Shown: one piece after another, positions 10,163 through 20,816 of the stretch
How positions within the stretch are numbered: position 1 is the first letter of the stretch
Layout of the letters: each line of letters begins with the position of its first letter
IMG/VR virus record: IMGVR_UViG_3300012007_000016
Coordinates: 7,381 to 71,380 of that record
Direction: 5' to 3' (one strand)
DNA length: 64,000 nucleotides
From: a virus
Taxonomy: Duplodnaviria; Caudoviricetes
The notes under the pieces: model-generated
What the model was told of the DNA's origin: nothing
The model's database searches: none
What the model saw: the letters and a program-made list of their open reading frames with translations, nothing else
Translations under genes and position numbers: made by a program

Positions 10163-10993
10163 ATGAAAAGGATTATATTATTTATTATTTTATTTTTTAG
10201 TGCATTAACTATTAATGCACAAGTCATGAATAACAATGGTGAAAAAGTTATTCGTAAGATAGAGGTATATGCTGAGACTTCATTAAAACCATATGCGGTG
10301 ATGGCTTTTAATTATAATAATGATTTGGAGTTAGAGGAAATTGTTGTTAATATTCCTTTAACTTGTAAATTTCGTTTAAAAAGGCAAGGTAATGCAATTA
10401 GTAGAAGTGATTATGATGCAAATGGAGTCATCAATAACAAAGTGAGATATCAATATAGTTTAAAGGAAGGTTTGGTCAATGACTGCCAAATTGATAATAT
10501 TGGTGTGGATAACAGTGTGTTGAGATTTGATTATAAATATTGTTATGACAATGAGGGTAGATTAAAGACAATCAATAAATTTGAATATTTCAGAGAAGAA
10601 AACAATTCCTTTAAAGAATTATCTGATAGATATAAAGAGATATTTGAATGGGATGAAAAATATAATGTATATACAACAGGAGAAAATGGTTGGAATTGGA
10701 AGTTAAATCAAGAATACGACTATGATATTCAATATAAAACGAGAGAATATTATCCCGATTTACATAATGAGACAAATATTGATTTGTCAAAATTATGTTT
10801 AAATACAACTGATTATAATAGGATTGAAACAGTAACAGAATGGTTTGGTAAACATTCAAAACATTATATAGAAAATAATAACAACTATCATTTTGAAATT
10901 ATATATGGAAATAGTAATGTCAGCGAGATAGTTGTTTATAGTCCACATAAATATGTGGAGAAAAAATACAAAATTTACTATTGGGAAGAGTAA
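10163..10993 (+). CDS. Secreted (Sec signal peptide) Tyr/Asn-rich protein; moron-like insertion in the tail block
   Basis: N-terminus MKRIILFIILFFSALTINA|Q; own host-type promoter; beta-hairpin-like Y/F-x-Y-D/N repeats. Confidence 0.7.
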   Translation: MKRIILFIILFFSALTINAQVMNNNGEKVIRKIEVYAETSLKPYAVMAFNYNNDLELEEIVVNIPLTCKFRLKRQGNAISRSDYDANGVINNKVRYQYSLKEGLVNDCQIDNIGVDNSVLRFDYKYCYDNEGRLKTINKFEYFREENNSFKELSDRYKEIFEWDEKYNVYTTGENGWNWKLNQEYDYDIQYKTREYYPDLHNETNIDLSKLCLNTTDYNRIETVTEWFGKHSKHYIENNNNYHFEIIYGNSNVSEIVVYSPHKYVEKKYKIYYWEE

Positions 10994-11061
10994 CTTAGTA
11001 TTTGAAATCCAAAAAAGAACTAATTATGTTTATATGACATAATGTATATCTTAAAAAAGGG

Positions 11062-14000
11062 ATGGCAGATACTAATGAAATAAAAAAACAACAACGAATA
11101 ATTTATGTTGAACCAAATGATGTTTTTGACAAAGAAGCGGAAAATGCCCAACAAGGTTTGTCTTTAACACCAAAATATGAGGATTTCTGTATATCATTTA
11201 ATTTAATTATTGAAGCATTCACAAGATTTAAGACGGATGCTACTTCTAATGGTATTGGTGGCAATGGTAATACACAAAAATTTTCTATACAATGGGGTTT
11301 AACCAAAGAAGACATGGTTAAAAGAAGAACTTCTGTTTTGCAAGGAAACAGGGGTAATAATGTTTTAGTGAATGAAGACGGAAGTTATGGTTATTCTGAT
11401 TCTAACTATAATTACCTTACCACTTATTATACGGATTTAACATTTGATTCATATAAAGATAAAACACAAATAGAAGGATTAGGAGTTGAAAGTGTTCAAG
11501 TTTCCTATGAAAGTTGGTATACTCCTACTGTTACAATTAAATTTGTTGATTTACGTGGTTCTGCTATATTTGGCAGGGAAGAAGCCATACATATTGATGA
11601 GAAATTAACTGCTGAAAATATATTCGGTTGTTTCTTTACTATGCCGTATCCTTTATTTAGATTACAAGTTAAAGGTTTTTTGGGCAAACCTGTAACATAT
11701 CAACTTACTTGTTCAAGTTTTAAGGGTGAGTTTAATTCACAGACAGGTAATTTTGAGGCTGTTGCAACATTTATTGGTTATTCTTGGAGTTTAATGACTG
11801 ATATACCGTTTACTTATTTGATTGCAGCCCCTTATGCACCTTATATTGGTGCTGAATATTGGAACAGAAACAGAACATCAGCAAGATGGGGTTTATGGGA
11901 CGATGGCAACACACTAAGACCACCAATGAGATTGTATGATTTATTTATGAATATTAAGGCTGCATTGGCTGGCGGTGATTACGGTAAGGCAACTGAGGAA
12001 CAGAGTGCCGAATTAGATTCAATGTCAAATGAACGAAAGGAACTCAATATTTTAAGTGAGCATCTAAACCTTTTTATTAAATCCTTAAGAGAAAAAGTTG
12101 ATGGAAAATGTCTTGTAACGTATGACGAGGAAGCACAAAACGAGCAATTATTACTTTTCAGTGACAGCAATTCTTTAGCATTGACCGAAGAAATAATTAA
12201 AAACTATGAGGATTTTTATAATGCTCTAACTGTATATACCACAAGTGGTTATGATAAGAGTAAGGAATTAAATACTAATATTGCGCCTAACAAATGGGAT
12301 AAATGTCCTCAAAATATTACTTTTTTGGATAAATTTACTATTACAACAGACACTGAAGGAAATTCAATGTCTATACATGTTAATGATGTCAGTGAAGTTA
12401 CAGTAGAAAGTTTACAAACAGTTGTATTTAATGAGGTTAATGGTCAAAATAAGTTAACAAATTCAATGGCCAATATTATTTTTGAAAATATTACTGGCGA
12501 TTATAGAAATACAAATATTAAGAAATATGCTTATCTTTTAAATTGTAATAATATAACAAGACTTATTACTGATAGGCTAAAAGAGATTGAGAAACGTGAG
12601 GAACAAATTCTTATAGAGATTAATGAAAATATAAATTTGAACATTATTCAATTACTTAGTACAAAAAGTGGTGATGTAAGTCAGAATGACGGTTTTAAGC
12701 CATTTATCGGTAATGTTTTCAAATTAATTTTCTGTCACTTAGAAACATTTTGTCATATAATGTTTGATTCTGCCGATGAAATCTATGCACAAATGAAGTC
12801 AGGCTATAGAAAACCTGAAATGTTAGGTATTGATATGGGTGCAACTGACATTAAAAAAGGTGCTGTTAAAGATGTTACTCCTTGGCCTGCAATTTTCAAT
12901 CATGGAATAGAGACATCAGAATGTGGTTATAAATCAGACCAAAGTGAGATATATGGATGGGTAGGTGATTTATCAACACATCGTTTTATTGAAGAAAAAG
13001 TTGTTTATTCTTTACAAGAAGGTATACAAAAAATAATGCCGGAAAATAATAACGATAATGATTCACAAAAATTTAACGGCTTTCCAATATTACCGTCAGA
13101 TTTTTGCATGAATAATAATGTTTTTGGTGCAGCACCTTTAAATGATGTGTCTGAACTTAGTGGTCATTTAGCCACAAGAATAACCAATATATTAGGTGTT
13201 ACTTGTGGTAATAATATTACAAGTGATTTGTCAAAGACGATTGGTAAATTAGATGCATATAATTTATATAGGAGACTTGGTTCTATTACTTCTTTGTCAA
13301 CATTAATGAAAAACATAAGTGATAGGATTTTAGAGGGTATAATGTATTGTGAAAACAAGAAAGAGTATCAAGATTATGCAAAACAAAGTTTTCCTGGTAA
13401 TGAAAATCTGAAACATTATGAATTTGAGACAAGAAAAATTAAATATAACAAAGAAGGAAGACAACCTTATTTTATTGATAATGGAAACAATGCCGTTTAT
13501 GTTCATTTTTATGATAAAAACGGTCTGAATTATACACCATGTACTTTAAGGGATTTTATGTATTATGCCAACAGACCATCAAATGGCGATTTCACATATA
13601 GTGGTACTTCCATAGAAAATGCATATTTCACACCGAATACGAAAACCAATTCAGATGGACAATTGGAAAGTTATGATTGGCTTTATATAAGTGATTCTTC
13701 GAAAATAGATGAAATAAAACAAGCAAGGGAACAATATGTCAACAAATATATGTTTAATATTGTTACCGATGATTCTATTGTTAATTCAATTAAAAACAAA
13801 TATTTGCAATTAAAGGGTGGTAATTTGAAACTTGGTGAATATGAGGTAAAAGATGATTTAACCGAATATATAAATAAGTTTATCAAAGTTGGAAACCAAT
13901 ATAAAAGCAAGTTTTTCAAAAATGTATTGTATATGTTGAGTGGAAACAGCGAAAAACTTGGACTTTTAAAACAAAACTTTTTACCGGACGATAACAATAA

Positions 14001-16968
14001 CAGTAAAACACCTGATAAATTAAATTATTTTGATTGGTATGAGAATAAGAGTGGTAACGTTAAAAATAGAGTTAAGGTTAATGAAGACGGTGAATTATTA
14101 TTAAATGACGAAAAGACAAATTTATCAGAACTTGTAATACAACAGTTTAAGGTTGAATATCTTGGCAATGAATGTAATATATTTGGTTGCCCTTTCTATT
14201 ACATGCAAGGAGAAAAATTGTCTGGCGAAACTGACGAACAGTTTACATATAGAAGTAACAGAGTAAAAGCACTTTTGTTTTTACATACTTTCAAGTATGA
14301 TTATATCGGAACAAACTTAAATGTTTTTGATAGGAATAAAAGAAACGGTTTAATTGAAGAAGTACCAAAGGGATACCTTTTATTCCTTGGAGCGATGTTG
14401 TGGAGAAAAAGATATTATAAGAATATTGGTAAAGACCCTATTATATTTTCACATGGTAATGAAAAGTATGCAAGTTGTAGTACTGATTACACATTGTTTA
14501 CTTCTTTTGGAACATATGTCAAATTCTTTATATACAAACAAAATGCAAAATACAATTATGCAGTGAACAATTTATTTGATGGAATGAACAATATTGATTA
14601 TAATATTGAAAACCAGTTGATTGCACTTTTTGAGAATTTTGCAAAGACAACTTTTAACTCAATATCTAAGAGATATGAATTAATTGATTTGGAAAATGGT
14701 AAAGAAAGTAGATATACTTTAAGTGGTTTAAAAAAGGATATAGGAATTGTACGTAATTTCTTTAAAAATGAGGGTAATGGTAAACAGATAACAGTAACTT
14801 CTCCACCGACATTACCTTGGAACGTTGAATCAAATCCGTCAAATTTTATTAATTGGCTTAATAGATACGGTTTTAAAGGATGGCTTGGAAGATATAGTTT
14901 GATAAGTGTTTATCCGTCCACAGATGCTAATGTACAAGGTCTTAGGCTGATGTTTAATGAAAAAGATGAACAATATCAGAATATTTTCAAGGATTTATAT
15001 TTTAACTCTTATATTGTAACTGATAGTTGTTACAGAAGAATGGGTAAAAACACTGAAGCAGTCAATGAAAATGACAAAATAAAGGTTAACAAAACTTTAT
15101 TAAAAGCATATCTTAGTGGTTTCAAAAGTGCCTGTGACATATTAATAGGAGAAGAGACTGTGAGTATTGGCGGAACTGAAGGAATTTCGGTGTCAAGGGG
15201 GACATTGAAAAATAGGGATGTTAGTTTGGCAATATATTATTATCTTAAAAATCTTTGGGATAAATGGTTGGTGATTGCTGACACAAAAAGTTTTGATGTC
15301 GATGAGTTTTTCATGAAGAATTTTGTCTTTATTGATTCTTTTTATAAAAATACATATCATTTGTTAGCTATAAATTGTCAGAAATTATTGGAGGCTTGGA
15401 CACAATTGGCAGATAATGGTAGCCTTTTCCATTTCTTATCAAGAATTGTAACCGACCACGGATGTATTTTTATGCCAGTTCCGGATTATATTGGATTTAA
15501 TGGACAGACACAACAACAAGATATTGAAACAATGGAAGACTTATTCAGACCAATGCCTTATAATTCAATTGAAGCACCTTCAAATAATAATAAATTTGTT
15601 GTTATATATACACATAGTCCTTCCCACATTAAGACAGAGGATAATGGTTACAAACCGGATTCATTTGATATATGGTCACATGATTTAAAAGAACCGACAG
15701 AAGATGCAAAAAATAGGTTTTCGACTACAAATGATTTGGATTTTGACAGAACATTGGATATTGCAACAAGAGAAGGTTACAATGTACCGTCATTTGGTGT
15801 ATCGTTTGGAAGACAGAACAACCATATATTTAAAAATTTGAGGTTGACTATGGATAATCCTGTAATGACGGAGCAAGCAATTAAGGCAATGTCTAATATT
15901 GCTTTAAAAGGCTCTTCAAGTACACACTCAATACAGTTTATAGGACAAGATACATTTAATGTGTTTACGAACTATTCTTATTCTGTTGATGTTGAAATGA
16001 TGGGTAATGCCCAGATATGTCCTCTTATGTATTTCCAATTGACGAATGTACCAATGTGGAGAGGTACATACATGATTTATAAGGTTATACATAATATGAC
16101 ACCGGGTAACATGACAACAACTGTTACTGCAATGAAATTGAACAAGTATGCACAACCATTTAATACAAGTTTCTTTGTTGTTCATGAATTACCACCAAGA
16201 AATAACAATGATAATAGTTTGGAAAGTGATTGTGAAAATGCAAATGATAATAGTGATACAGTATCAAGCAATGATACCGATAACGGTGTAACAACAAGTG
16301 GTGTAAGTGTTCAGAACTCTAATTCATATAGACACCTGTTACCTTCAACAAATGTTAAATCTGCTGATGGAAAGTTCAAAATTGGAGAAGCATTTGAAGT
16401 TATTTATGACAGAAGATATGCTCTTATTAACGGTAAGAAAATTCAAAATGAAGTAATCGGAAATATATATAATGTTTATAATGGAAAATGTACAAGAGGT
16501 CCTGAGATTGTTCTTCGTAAGGCATTTGGCATGGAAATGATAGGTAATAATTCAGACCGAGGAAATATTATTAATATAATGTCAAAACAAGGGTTTAAAC
16601 TTAAATTTTATGGAAAATTGCATCATAAAGGAGGTTCAAGAGAAAATGGAGGTATTAACAAAAATAAAAGTTTGGTAAATGAAAACATACCGACAATTAT
16701 TAATGGTGTTAAATTACAAGTCGGTGACGTTGCTTATACTGATGGCGGTGCAGGACACTGGGCAATATGGTCCGGAAAAGCATGGGTTTCTGATTGTTGG
16801 CAAGCAACGATGGCGGTTCATCCCAATGTGACTGAAAACTTTTGGGTTTGGAGTTATCAATATAAAGGTTTTCCAATAAATGTAACACCGAATGGAAACT
16901 CTAAAATGAATTGCAAATATTTTAATAATTATGCTTGGACAGAAAATAATTACTTTAATAGAAATTAG
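11062..16968 (+). CDS. Large baseplate hub protein (gp27/late-control-D-like) with C-terminal CHAP/NlpC-P60-like amidase domain
   Basis: 1968 aa; VEMMGNAQI...GTYMIYKVIHN hub-like motif; C-terminal GKCTRG (Cys 16489), GDV...GHWAIWSGKAWVSD (His 16756). Confidence 0.6.
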   Translation: MADTNEIKKQQRIIYVEPNDVFDKEAENAQQGLSLTPKYEDFCISFNLIIEAFTRFKTDATSNGIGGNGNTQKFSIQWGLTKEDMVKRRTSVLQGNRGNNVLVNEDGSYGYSDSNYNYLTTYYTDLTFDSYKDKTQIEGLGVESVQVSYESWYTPTVTIKFVDLRGSAIFGREEAIHIDEKLTAENIFGCFFTMPYPLFRLQVKGFLGKPVTYQLTCSSFKGEFNSQTGNFEAVATFIGYSWSLMTDIPFTYLIAAPYAPYIGAEYWNRNRTSARWGLWDDGNTLRPPMRLYDLFMNIKAALAGGDYGKATEEQSAELDSMSNERKELNILSEHLNLFIKSLREKVDGKCLVTYDEEAQNEQLLLFSDSNSLALTEEIIKNYEDFYNALTVYTTSGYDKSKELNTNIAPNKWDKCPQNITFLDKFTITTDTEGNSMSIHVNDVSEVTVESLQTVVFNEVNGQNKLTNSMANIIFENITGDYRNTNIKKYAYLLNCNNITRLITDRLKEIEKREEQILIEINENINLNIIQLLSTKSGDVSQNDGFKPFIGNVFKLIFCHLETFCHIMFDSADEIYAQMKSGYRKPEMLGIDMGATDIKKGAVKDVTPWPAIFNHGIETSECGYKSDQSEIYGWVGDLSTHRFIEEKVVYSLQEGIQKIMPENNNDNDSQKFNGFPILPSDFCMNNNVFGAAPLNDVSELSGHLATRITNILGVTCGNNITSDLSKTIGKLDAYNLYRRLGSITSLSTLMKNISDRILEGIMYCENKKEYQDYAKQSFPGNENLKHYEFETRKIKYNKEGRQPYFIDNGNNAVYVHFYDKNGLNYTPCTLRDFMYYANRPSNGDFTYSGTSIENAYFTPNTKTNSDGQLESYDWLYISDSSKIDEIKQAREQYVNKYMFNIVTDDSIVNSIKNKYLQLKGGNLKLGEYEVKDDLTEYINKFIKVGNQYKSKFFKNVLYMLSGNSEKLGLLKQNFLPDDNNNSKTPDKLNYFDWYENKSGNVKNRVKVNEDGELLLNDEKTNLSELVIQQFKVEYLGNECNIFGCPFYYMQGEKLSGETDEQFTYRSNRVKALLFLHTFKYDYIGTNLNVFDRNKRNGLIEEVPKGYLLFLGAMLWRKRYYKNIGKDPIIFSHGNEKYASCSTDYTLFTSFGTYVKFFIYKQNAKYNYAVNNLFDGMNNIDYNIENQLIALFENFAKTTFNSISKRYELIDLENGKESRYTLSGLKKDIGIVRNFFKNEGNGKQITVTSPPTLPWNVESNPSNFINWLNRYGFKGWLGRYSLISVYPSTDANVQGLRLMFNEKDEQYQNIFKDLYFNSYIVTDSCYRRMGKNTEAVNENDKIKVNKTLLKAYLSGFKSACDILIGEETVSIGGTEGISVSRGTLKNRDVSLAIYYYLKNLWDKWLVIADTKSFDVDEFFMKNFVFIDSFYKNTYHLLAINCQKLLEAWTQLADNGSLFHFLSRIVTDHGCIFMPVPDYIGFNGQTQQQDIETMEDLFRPMPYNSIEAPSNNNKFVVIYTHSPSHIKTEDNGYKPDSFDIWSHDLKEPTEDAKNRFSTTNDLDFDRTLDIATREGYNVPSFGVSFGRQNNHIFKNLRLTMDNPVMTEQAIKAMSNIALKGSSSTHSIQFIGQDTFNVFTNYSYSVDVEMMGNAQICPLMYFQLTNVPMWRGTYMIYKVIHNMTPGNMTTTVTAMKLNKYAQPFNTSFFVVHELPPRNNNDNSLESDCENANDNSDTVSSNDTDNGVTTSGVSVQNSNSYRHLLPSTNVKSADGKFKIGEAFEVIYDRRYALINGKKIQNEVIGNIYNVYNGKCTRGPEIVLRKAFGMEMIGNNSDRGNIINIMSKQGFKLKFYGKLHHKGGSRENGGINKNKSLVNENIPTIINGVKLQVGDVAYTDGGAGHWAIWSGKAWVSDCWQATMAVHPNVTENFWVWSYQYKGFPINVTPNGNSKMNCKYFNNYAWTENNYFNRN

Positions 16969-16971
16969 TTT

Positions 16972-17565
16972 ATGAATTCTTGTTATAATAATATTTCTTC
17001 TTATACAGCCACAATTGATGTAAAACCTGCAAATATTAATTCTTTGCCCAAAAATTTGGAAACCGTTTTCAAACAAAAGGCACAAAAATATAATATTGAT
17101 TGGAAATGGTTGGCAGCAATAGCGTGGGTTGAATCTAAATGGAGAACTAATGCAGTAAATGATGATGGTTATAGTGGTTTGTTTCAATGGCATAAAAACT
17201 GTAAAGAAATAAACAGTTTTTTAGACAAAAAAACAACAAATATATTTAATGTAGAAGACCAAACAGAAGCAACAGCAAAAAGATTTCGCAATAATGTAGC
17301 ATCAGCAAATAAAAAGGGTCTTCATGGTGAAGATATATTTCTTTATGCCAGTATATGTCATAATGCAGGCGAAGGTGGCGCACAATTAATCTTAAATAAC
17401 TCACAGCCCAAAACTGTCCGTCAGATGTCACAAACAATTTTAGTTTTGCCTTCTTCTAAAATCACTTGGAGTTGGATGAGAACTTCAGAAAAAAGAAAAG
17501 AGATATCCGAATATCCTTTTTTAGTAAAATCTGCCTATAAAAGTATTAGTGCAAAATATTCATAG
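16972..17565 (+). CDS. SLT-family lytic transglycosylase
   Basis: KYNIDWKWLAAIAWVES (catalytic Glu), GLFQ and HNAGEG motifs. Confidence 0.85.
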   Translation: MNSCYNNISSYTATIDVKPANINSLPKNLETVFKQKAQKYNIDWKWLAAIAWVESKWRTNAVNDDGYSGLFQWHKNCKEINSFLDKKTTNIFNVEDQTEATAKRFRNNVASANKKGLHGEDIFLYASICHNAGEGGAQLILNNSQPKTVRQMSQTILVLPSSKITWSWMRTSEKRKEISEYPFLVKSAYKSISAKYS

Positions 17566-17569
17566 TAGT

Positions 17570-17600
17570 TTTGATGTTTCATTCTTTTGAACTATATTTG
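17570..17600 (+). promoter_or_regulatory. Bacteroidota-type sigma promoter
   Basis: TTTG 17570-17573, 19-nt spacer, TATATTTG 17593-17600, upstream of ATG 17627. Confidence 0.65.
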
Positions 17601-17626
17601 TTAGCAAAAGTAAACAGACACATTAA

Positions 17627-18247
17627 ATGAAAAAATTTATAGGTAATGTAATAGTAAGAAAATCAAACTTTAAGGTTGAGGATTGTTTTAAAAAATGTCT
17701 GTCTATGACAGAAATTAATACATCTTTACCTACATTGATAATCGGTTTGGAAAATGCAAAGACAAATATTGATAATTTTAACATATTGGTAAAAAGATAT
17801 GAAAATGATTTGTTATGGTGGACATTCAATAAGACTGAGAGACGTGTTGACTATGAGAAAGACATAATAGATTTCCGTAATTTCTGCATTAGAAATGTAA
17901 CGAAGAATTTTTGTTACCATAATATCAATCTAATTGAAACCAAATACAGCGATGCAAAGAAATATATTGAATTTATTAAGAGTATTGAAGAAAAATACTA
18001 TTTTATAGATAAAGATAAATTTGTATATATATACTGTATAAATCATAATGAAAATATTAAACATATTTATGGATTTTCGTTGAATACTGCTTCTTTTTTT
18101 GGTATTAGAAAAGATAAAATAATAAAACTCATAGAAAACAATCCATTTAATAGAAAAATTAATAATTTTTATGCAATACCAAACAATATACGTAATTTGG
18201 TGAATGATGATATACCGTCTGAAATGATACTACTTGAATATTTTTAA
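17627..18247 (+). CDS. Hypothetical protein
   Basis: 206-aa ORF behind a host-type promoter. Confidence 0.65.
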   Translation: MKKFIGNVIVRKSNFKVEDCFKKCLSMTEINTSLPTLIIGLENAKTNIDNFNILVKRYENDLLWWTFNKTERRVDYEKDIIDFRNFCIRNVTKNFCYHNINLIETKYSDAKKYIEFIKSIEEKYYFIDKDKFVYIYCINHNENIKHIYGFSLNTASFFGIRKDKIIKLIENNPFNRKINNFYAIPNNIRNLVNDDIPSEMILLEYF

Positions 18248-18300
18248 TATTTTAAACTATTTATATGATAGGAGAATAAGATATTATAAAATATTAGTTT

Positions 18301-18600
18301 ATGGCTATAAAGTTTATGGGTAAAAATTTTCCAAGAAAGGTTGTAAGACAAATACCCAATAGAAAATTTTTTCATAAAATAGGAGAAACTGTAAAAGAAG
18401 AAAAACTTGAAGAAAATAAAGAACCTAAAACAGATAAAGAAATGGCTGATGAAAGAATTGAAAAGATTGAAAGTATAATCGGTACAAAAGCACCAAAACG
18501 TAAAGTAAAGGTGGAGAAAAAAGATAAGGGACTTATTGAACGTACTGAGAATAGTACAATTTTGTTGACAGAAGATAACAAAATGGTGCTTACAGACTGA
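18301..18600 (+). CDS. Small basic hypothetical protein
   Basis: 99-aa ORF, Lys/Glu-rich; TATTTAT motif upstream at 18258. Confidence 0.6.
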   Translation: MAIKFMGKNFPRKVVRQIPNRKFFHKIGETVKEEKLEENKEPKTDKEMADERIEKIESIIGTKAPKRKVKVEKKDKGLIERTENSTILLTEDNKMVLTD

Positions 18601-18633
18601 AAATAATTGAGATTAAATATTTTTGACTTAAAA

Positions 18634-19506
18634 ATGGACAAGAATTTTATAAAAGACAATAATCTCAATGAAGCAGTTAAGCGTTTTAAACAGATTGCTG
18701 AATATAAATCGCCAAGACAATCATTAAAACAACTTAATGAATTTACTTTTATCACTAATTCACAAGTTGATGAAGATGATAATGATGATAATATGCAGCA
18801 ACAACAAAATGCTGATATGAATCAACAGCCACAAGGAATGTCACCAGAGCCTCAAAATCAAGATGGCAATATGAATGGTCAGATGGATGGAAATATGCAG
18901 CCACAAGCCTCAGAAATGCCTCAAAATGGAATGGAAATGTCACAGGATAATAATGCTATGGCACAAGATGGCGGAAATATGCAACAAGGTGATGAAGAAA
19001 TGTCTATGGGCAATGATGATATGGGGTTTCCGGGCGTTGAAGAAGACGGTGTAGAGACAGAGGAAATGGAACCTGAGGATGAAGTTATCGATGTTGACGA
19101 ATTAACGCAATCACAGGAAGCCACTGAATATAAGATAGACGGTGTTGATGACAGACTTTCACAAATTTTCGCTGTTGTACAGAAGTTCAGTGACCAATTA
19201 GATAGACAAGAAGCTGAAATTTCTTCGTTAAAAGATGAATTTACCAAGAGAAATCCAACACCTGAAGAAAAACTTAATATACGTTCACAAAGTTCATATC
19301 CTTATACTGAATTACCAAGGGATTATTGGACTGAGAAATCAAAAGAGAACCCAAATTATAACGTAATGTTTGATAATGAAGTGTCACCGTCTGATGAACA
19401 AGACAAATTTGAGATTAAAAAAGGTGATATAAGTGGTTTGGACATGAAGAATATATCTGATACGCTCAATATTGACCAAAAATTAAGCGATTATATTGGT
19501 TTTTAG
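18634..19506 (+). CDS. Acidic low-complexity protein, possibly scaffold/head-associated
   Basis: N-terminal LNEAVKRFKQIAEY, Q/N/M/G-rich and D/E-rich middle, C-terminal coiled coil; ATG 18634 preferred over TTG 18607. Confidence 0.55.
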   Translation: MDKNFIKDNNLNEAVKRFKQIAEYKSPRQSLKQLNEFTFITNSQVDEDDNDDNMQQQQNADMNQQPQGMSPEPQNQDGNMNGQMDGNMQPQASEMPQNGMEMSQDNNAMAQDGGNMQQGDEEMSMGNDDMGFPGVEEDGVETEEMEPEDEVIDVDELTQSQEATEYKIDGVDDRLSQIFAVVQKFSDQLDRQEAEISSLKDEFTKRNPTPEEKLNIRSQSSYPYTELPRDYWTEKSKENPNYNVMFDNEVSPSDEQDKFEIKKGDISGLDMKNISDTLNIDQKLSDYIGF

Positions 19507-19534
19507 TGTAATTTTTTGATATAAAAAGATATTT

Positions 19535-19579
19535 ATTGTAGAGAGTTAACAAATGTTAAAATTCTCTACAATTTTTTTA
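19535..19579 (+). terminator. Probable intrinsic terminator hairpin
   Basis: ATTGTAGAGA (19535-19544) / TCTCTACAAT (19563-19572), inner TTAACA/TGTTAA pair, followed by T-run. Confidence 0.65.
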
Positions 19580-19586
19580 TGTAAAA

Positions 19587-19618
19587 TTTGGTTTGATACC
19601 GGTTTTGTACTATATTTG
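19587..19618 (+). promoter_or_regulatory. Bacteroidota-type sigma promoter
   Basis: TTTG 19587-19590, 20-nt spacer, TATATTTG 19611-19618, upstream of the SSB gene. Confidence 0.7.
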
Positions 19619-19660
19619 TAATGTAAAGTTAGGAAAACATAATAATATATAAAATTTATA

Positions 19661-20725
19661 ATGAAAATGGAAGATAATGTTAGATTTGCAGGAGTAAACA
19701 CAGATGCAAAGGCATTGGAAGAACAAAATGAAAAATTAAAAAAGACCGTTAATGACGGACAGAATCCGAAAAAGAACAGTTTTGACCCAAAAAATTATTT
19801 GGACCTTAAATTAAAAGAACATGAAGCCACAAAGACAGTAAAAGTAAGATTTTTACCAATTTCTTCTACTGATGGCACAGTTTTTTATGAAATCATAACA
19901 CATGCTTTGAAAGTTGATAAGGAAATCGCCAAAAGTGGTTTCAAGTCTTATGTATGTTTGAACTCAAAGAATGTTGAAACTGAGGAAGAGTGCCCAATTT
20001 GTAAGAAATCAAAAGAATTATTCGACAAGGCTGCTCAAGCACGTAAGGAAGGAAATGAAATGTTGTCGAAATCTTTGTTTAAAGAAGCATGTTCTTTAAA
20101 AAAGAAACGTACATTTATTACACGTGTAATTGACAGAGACCATGAGGACGAAGGAGTGAAGTTTTGGCGTTTTAATGAAAATTCAAAAGGTGAGGGAATT
20201 TATGACAAACTTATGAGTTTGTTTAAGACAAGAAAAGAAGAAGCCCTTGAAGATGGAGAAGAAGATTATAACATATTTGACCTTTATAATGGCAAGGATA
20301 TCATTATAAATGTAAGTAAGTCAATGATTCCTGATGGTTTTGGCGGAATGAAAGAAACAATTGCCTATAATATTACAGATTCTGGTAATAGAAAACCATT
20401 ATCAAAAGATATTGACAAAGCTAATGAATGGTTAAATGACGAAAAAACATGGAAAGATGTATATAGTCTTAAATCAGCAGAATATCTTGCACTTGTTGTA
20501 GATGGAAAAATTCCGGTTTATGACAAAGATTTGCACAAATATGTTGAAAAGGTTGAATATGACGCACAAGCGAAAAAACAAGAAGAAGAAGCAGCAACTG
20601 AGATTTTGAAAGAAAAGAATAATGTGAATAAAACAAGTGAAACATCTGTTGTTACACAAAATACAGTTGTTAATGAAACGGTAAATAATAATGTTGCCGA
20701 GGTTGAAGATGATTTACCTTTTTAA
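19661..20725 (+). CDS. T4 gp32-like single-stranded DNA-binding protein
   Basis: VRFLP, H...C...CPIC zinc motif, VIDRD..EGVKFW, acidic C-terminal DDLPF tail. Confidence 0.8.
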   Translation: MKMEDNVRFAGVNTDAKALEEQNEKLKKTVNDGQNPKKNSFDPKNYLDLKLKEHEATKTVKVRFLPISSTDGTVFYEIITHALKVDKEIAKSGFKSYVCLNSKNVETEEECPICKKSKELFDKAAQARKEGNEMLSKSLFKEACSLKKKRTFITRVIDRDHEDEGVKFWRFNENSKGEGIYDKLMSLFKTRKEEALEDGEEDYNIFDLYNGKDIIINVSKSMIPDGFGGMKETIAYNITDSGNRKPLSKDIDKANEWLNDEKTWKDVYSLKSAEYLALVVDGKIPVYDKDLHKYVEKVEYDAQAKKQEEEAATEILKEKNNVNKTSETSVVTQNTVVNETVNNNVAEVEDDLPF

Positions 20726-20739
20726 CGGTTTATATGTAA

Positions 20740-20785
20740 TGGAATATGTCTGAAATTTTAGTTTTTGACATATTCCAGATTTTTT
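20740..20785 (+). terminator. Possible terminator hairpin
   Basis: TGGAATATGTC (20740-20750) / GACATATTCCA (20767-20777), then GATTTTTT; long loop. Confidence 0.45.
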
Positions 20786-20816
20786 GAATAAAATAAAAAA
20801 CGTCAGAATTATTATA

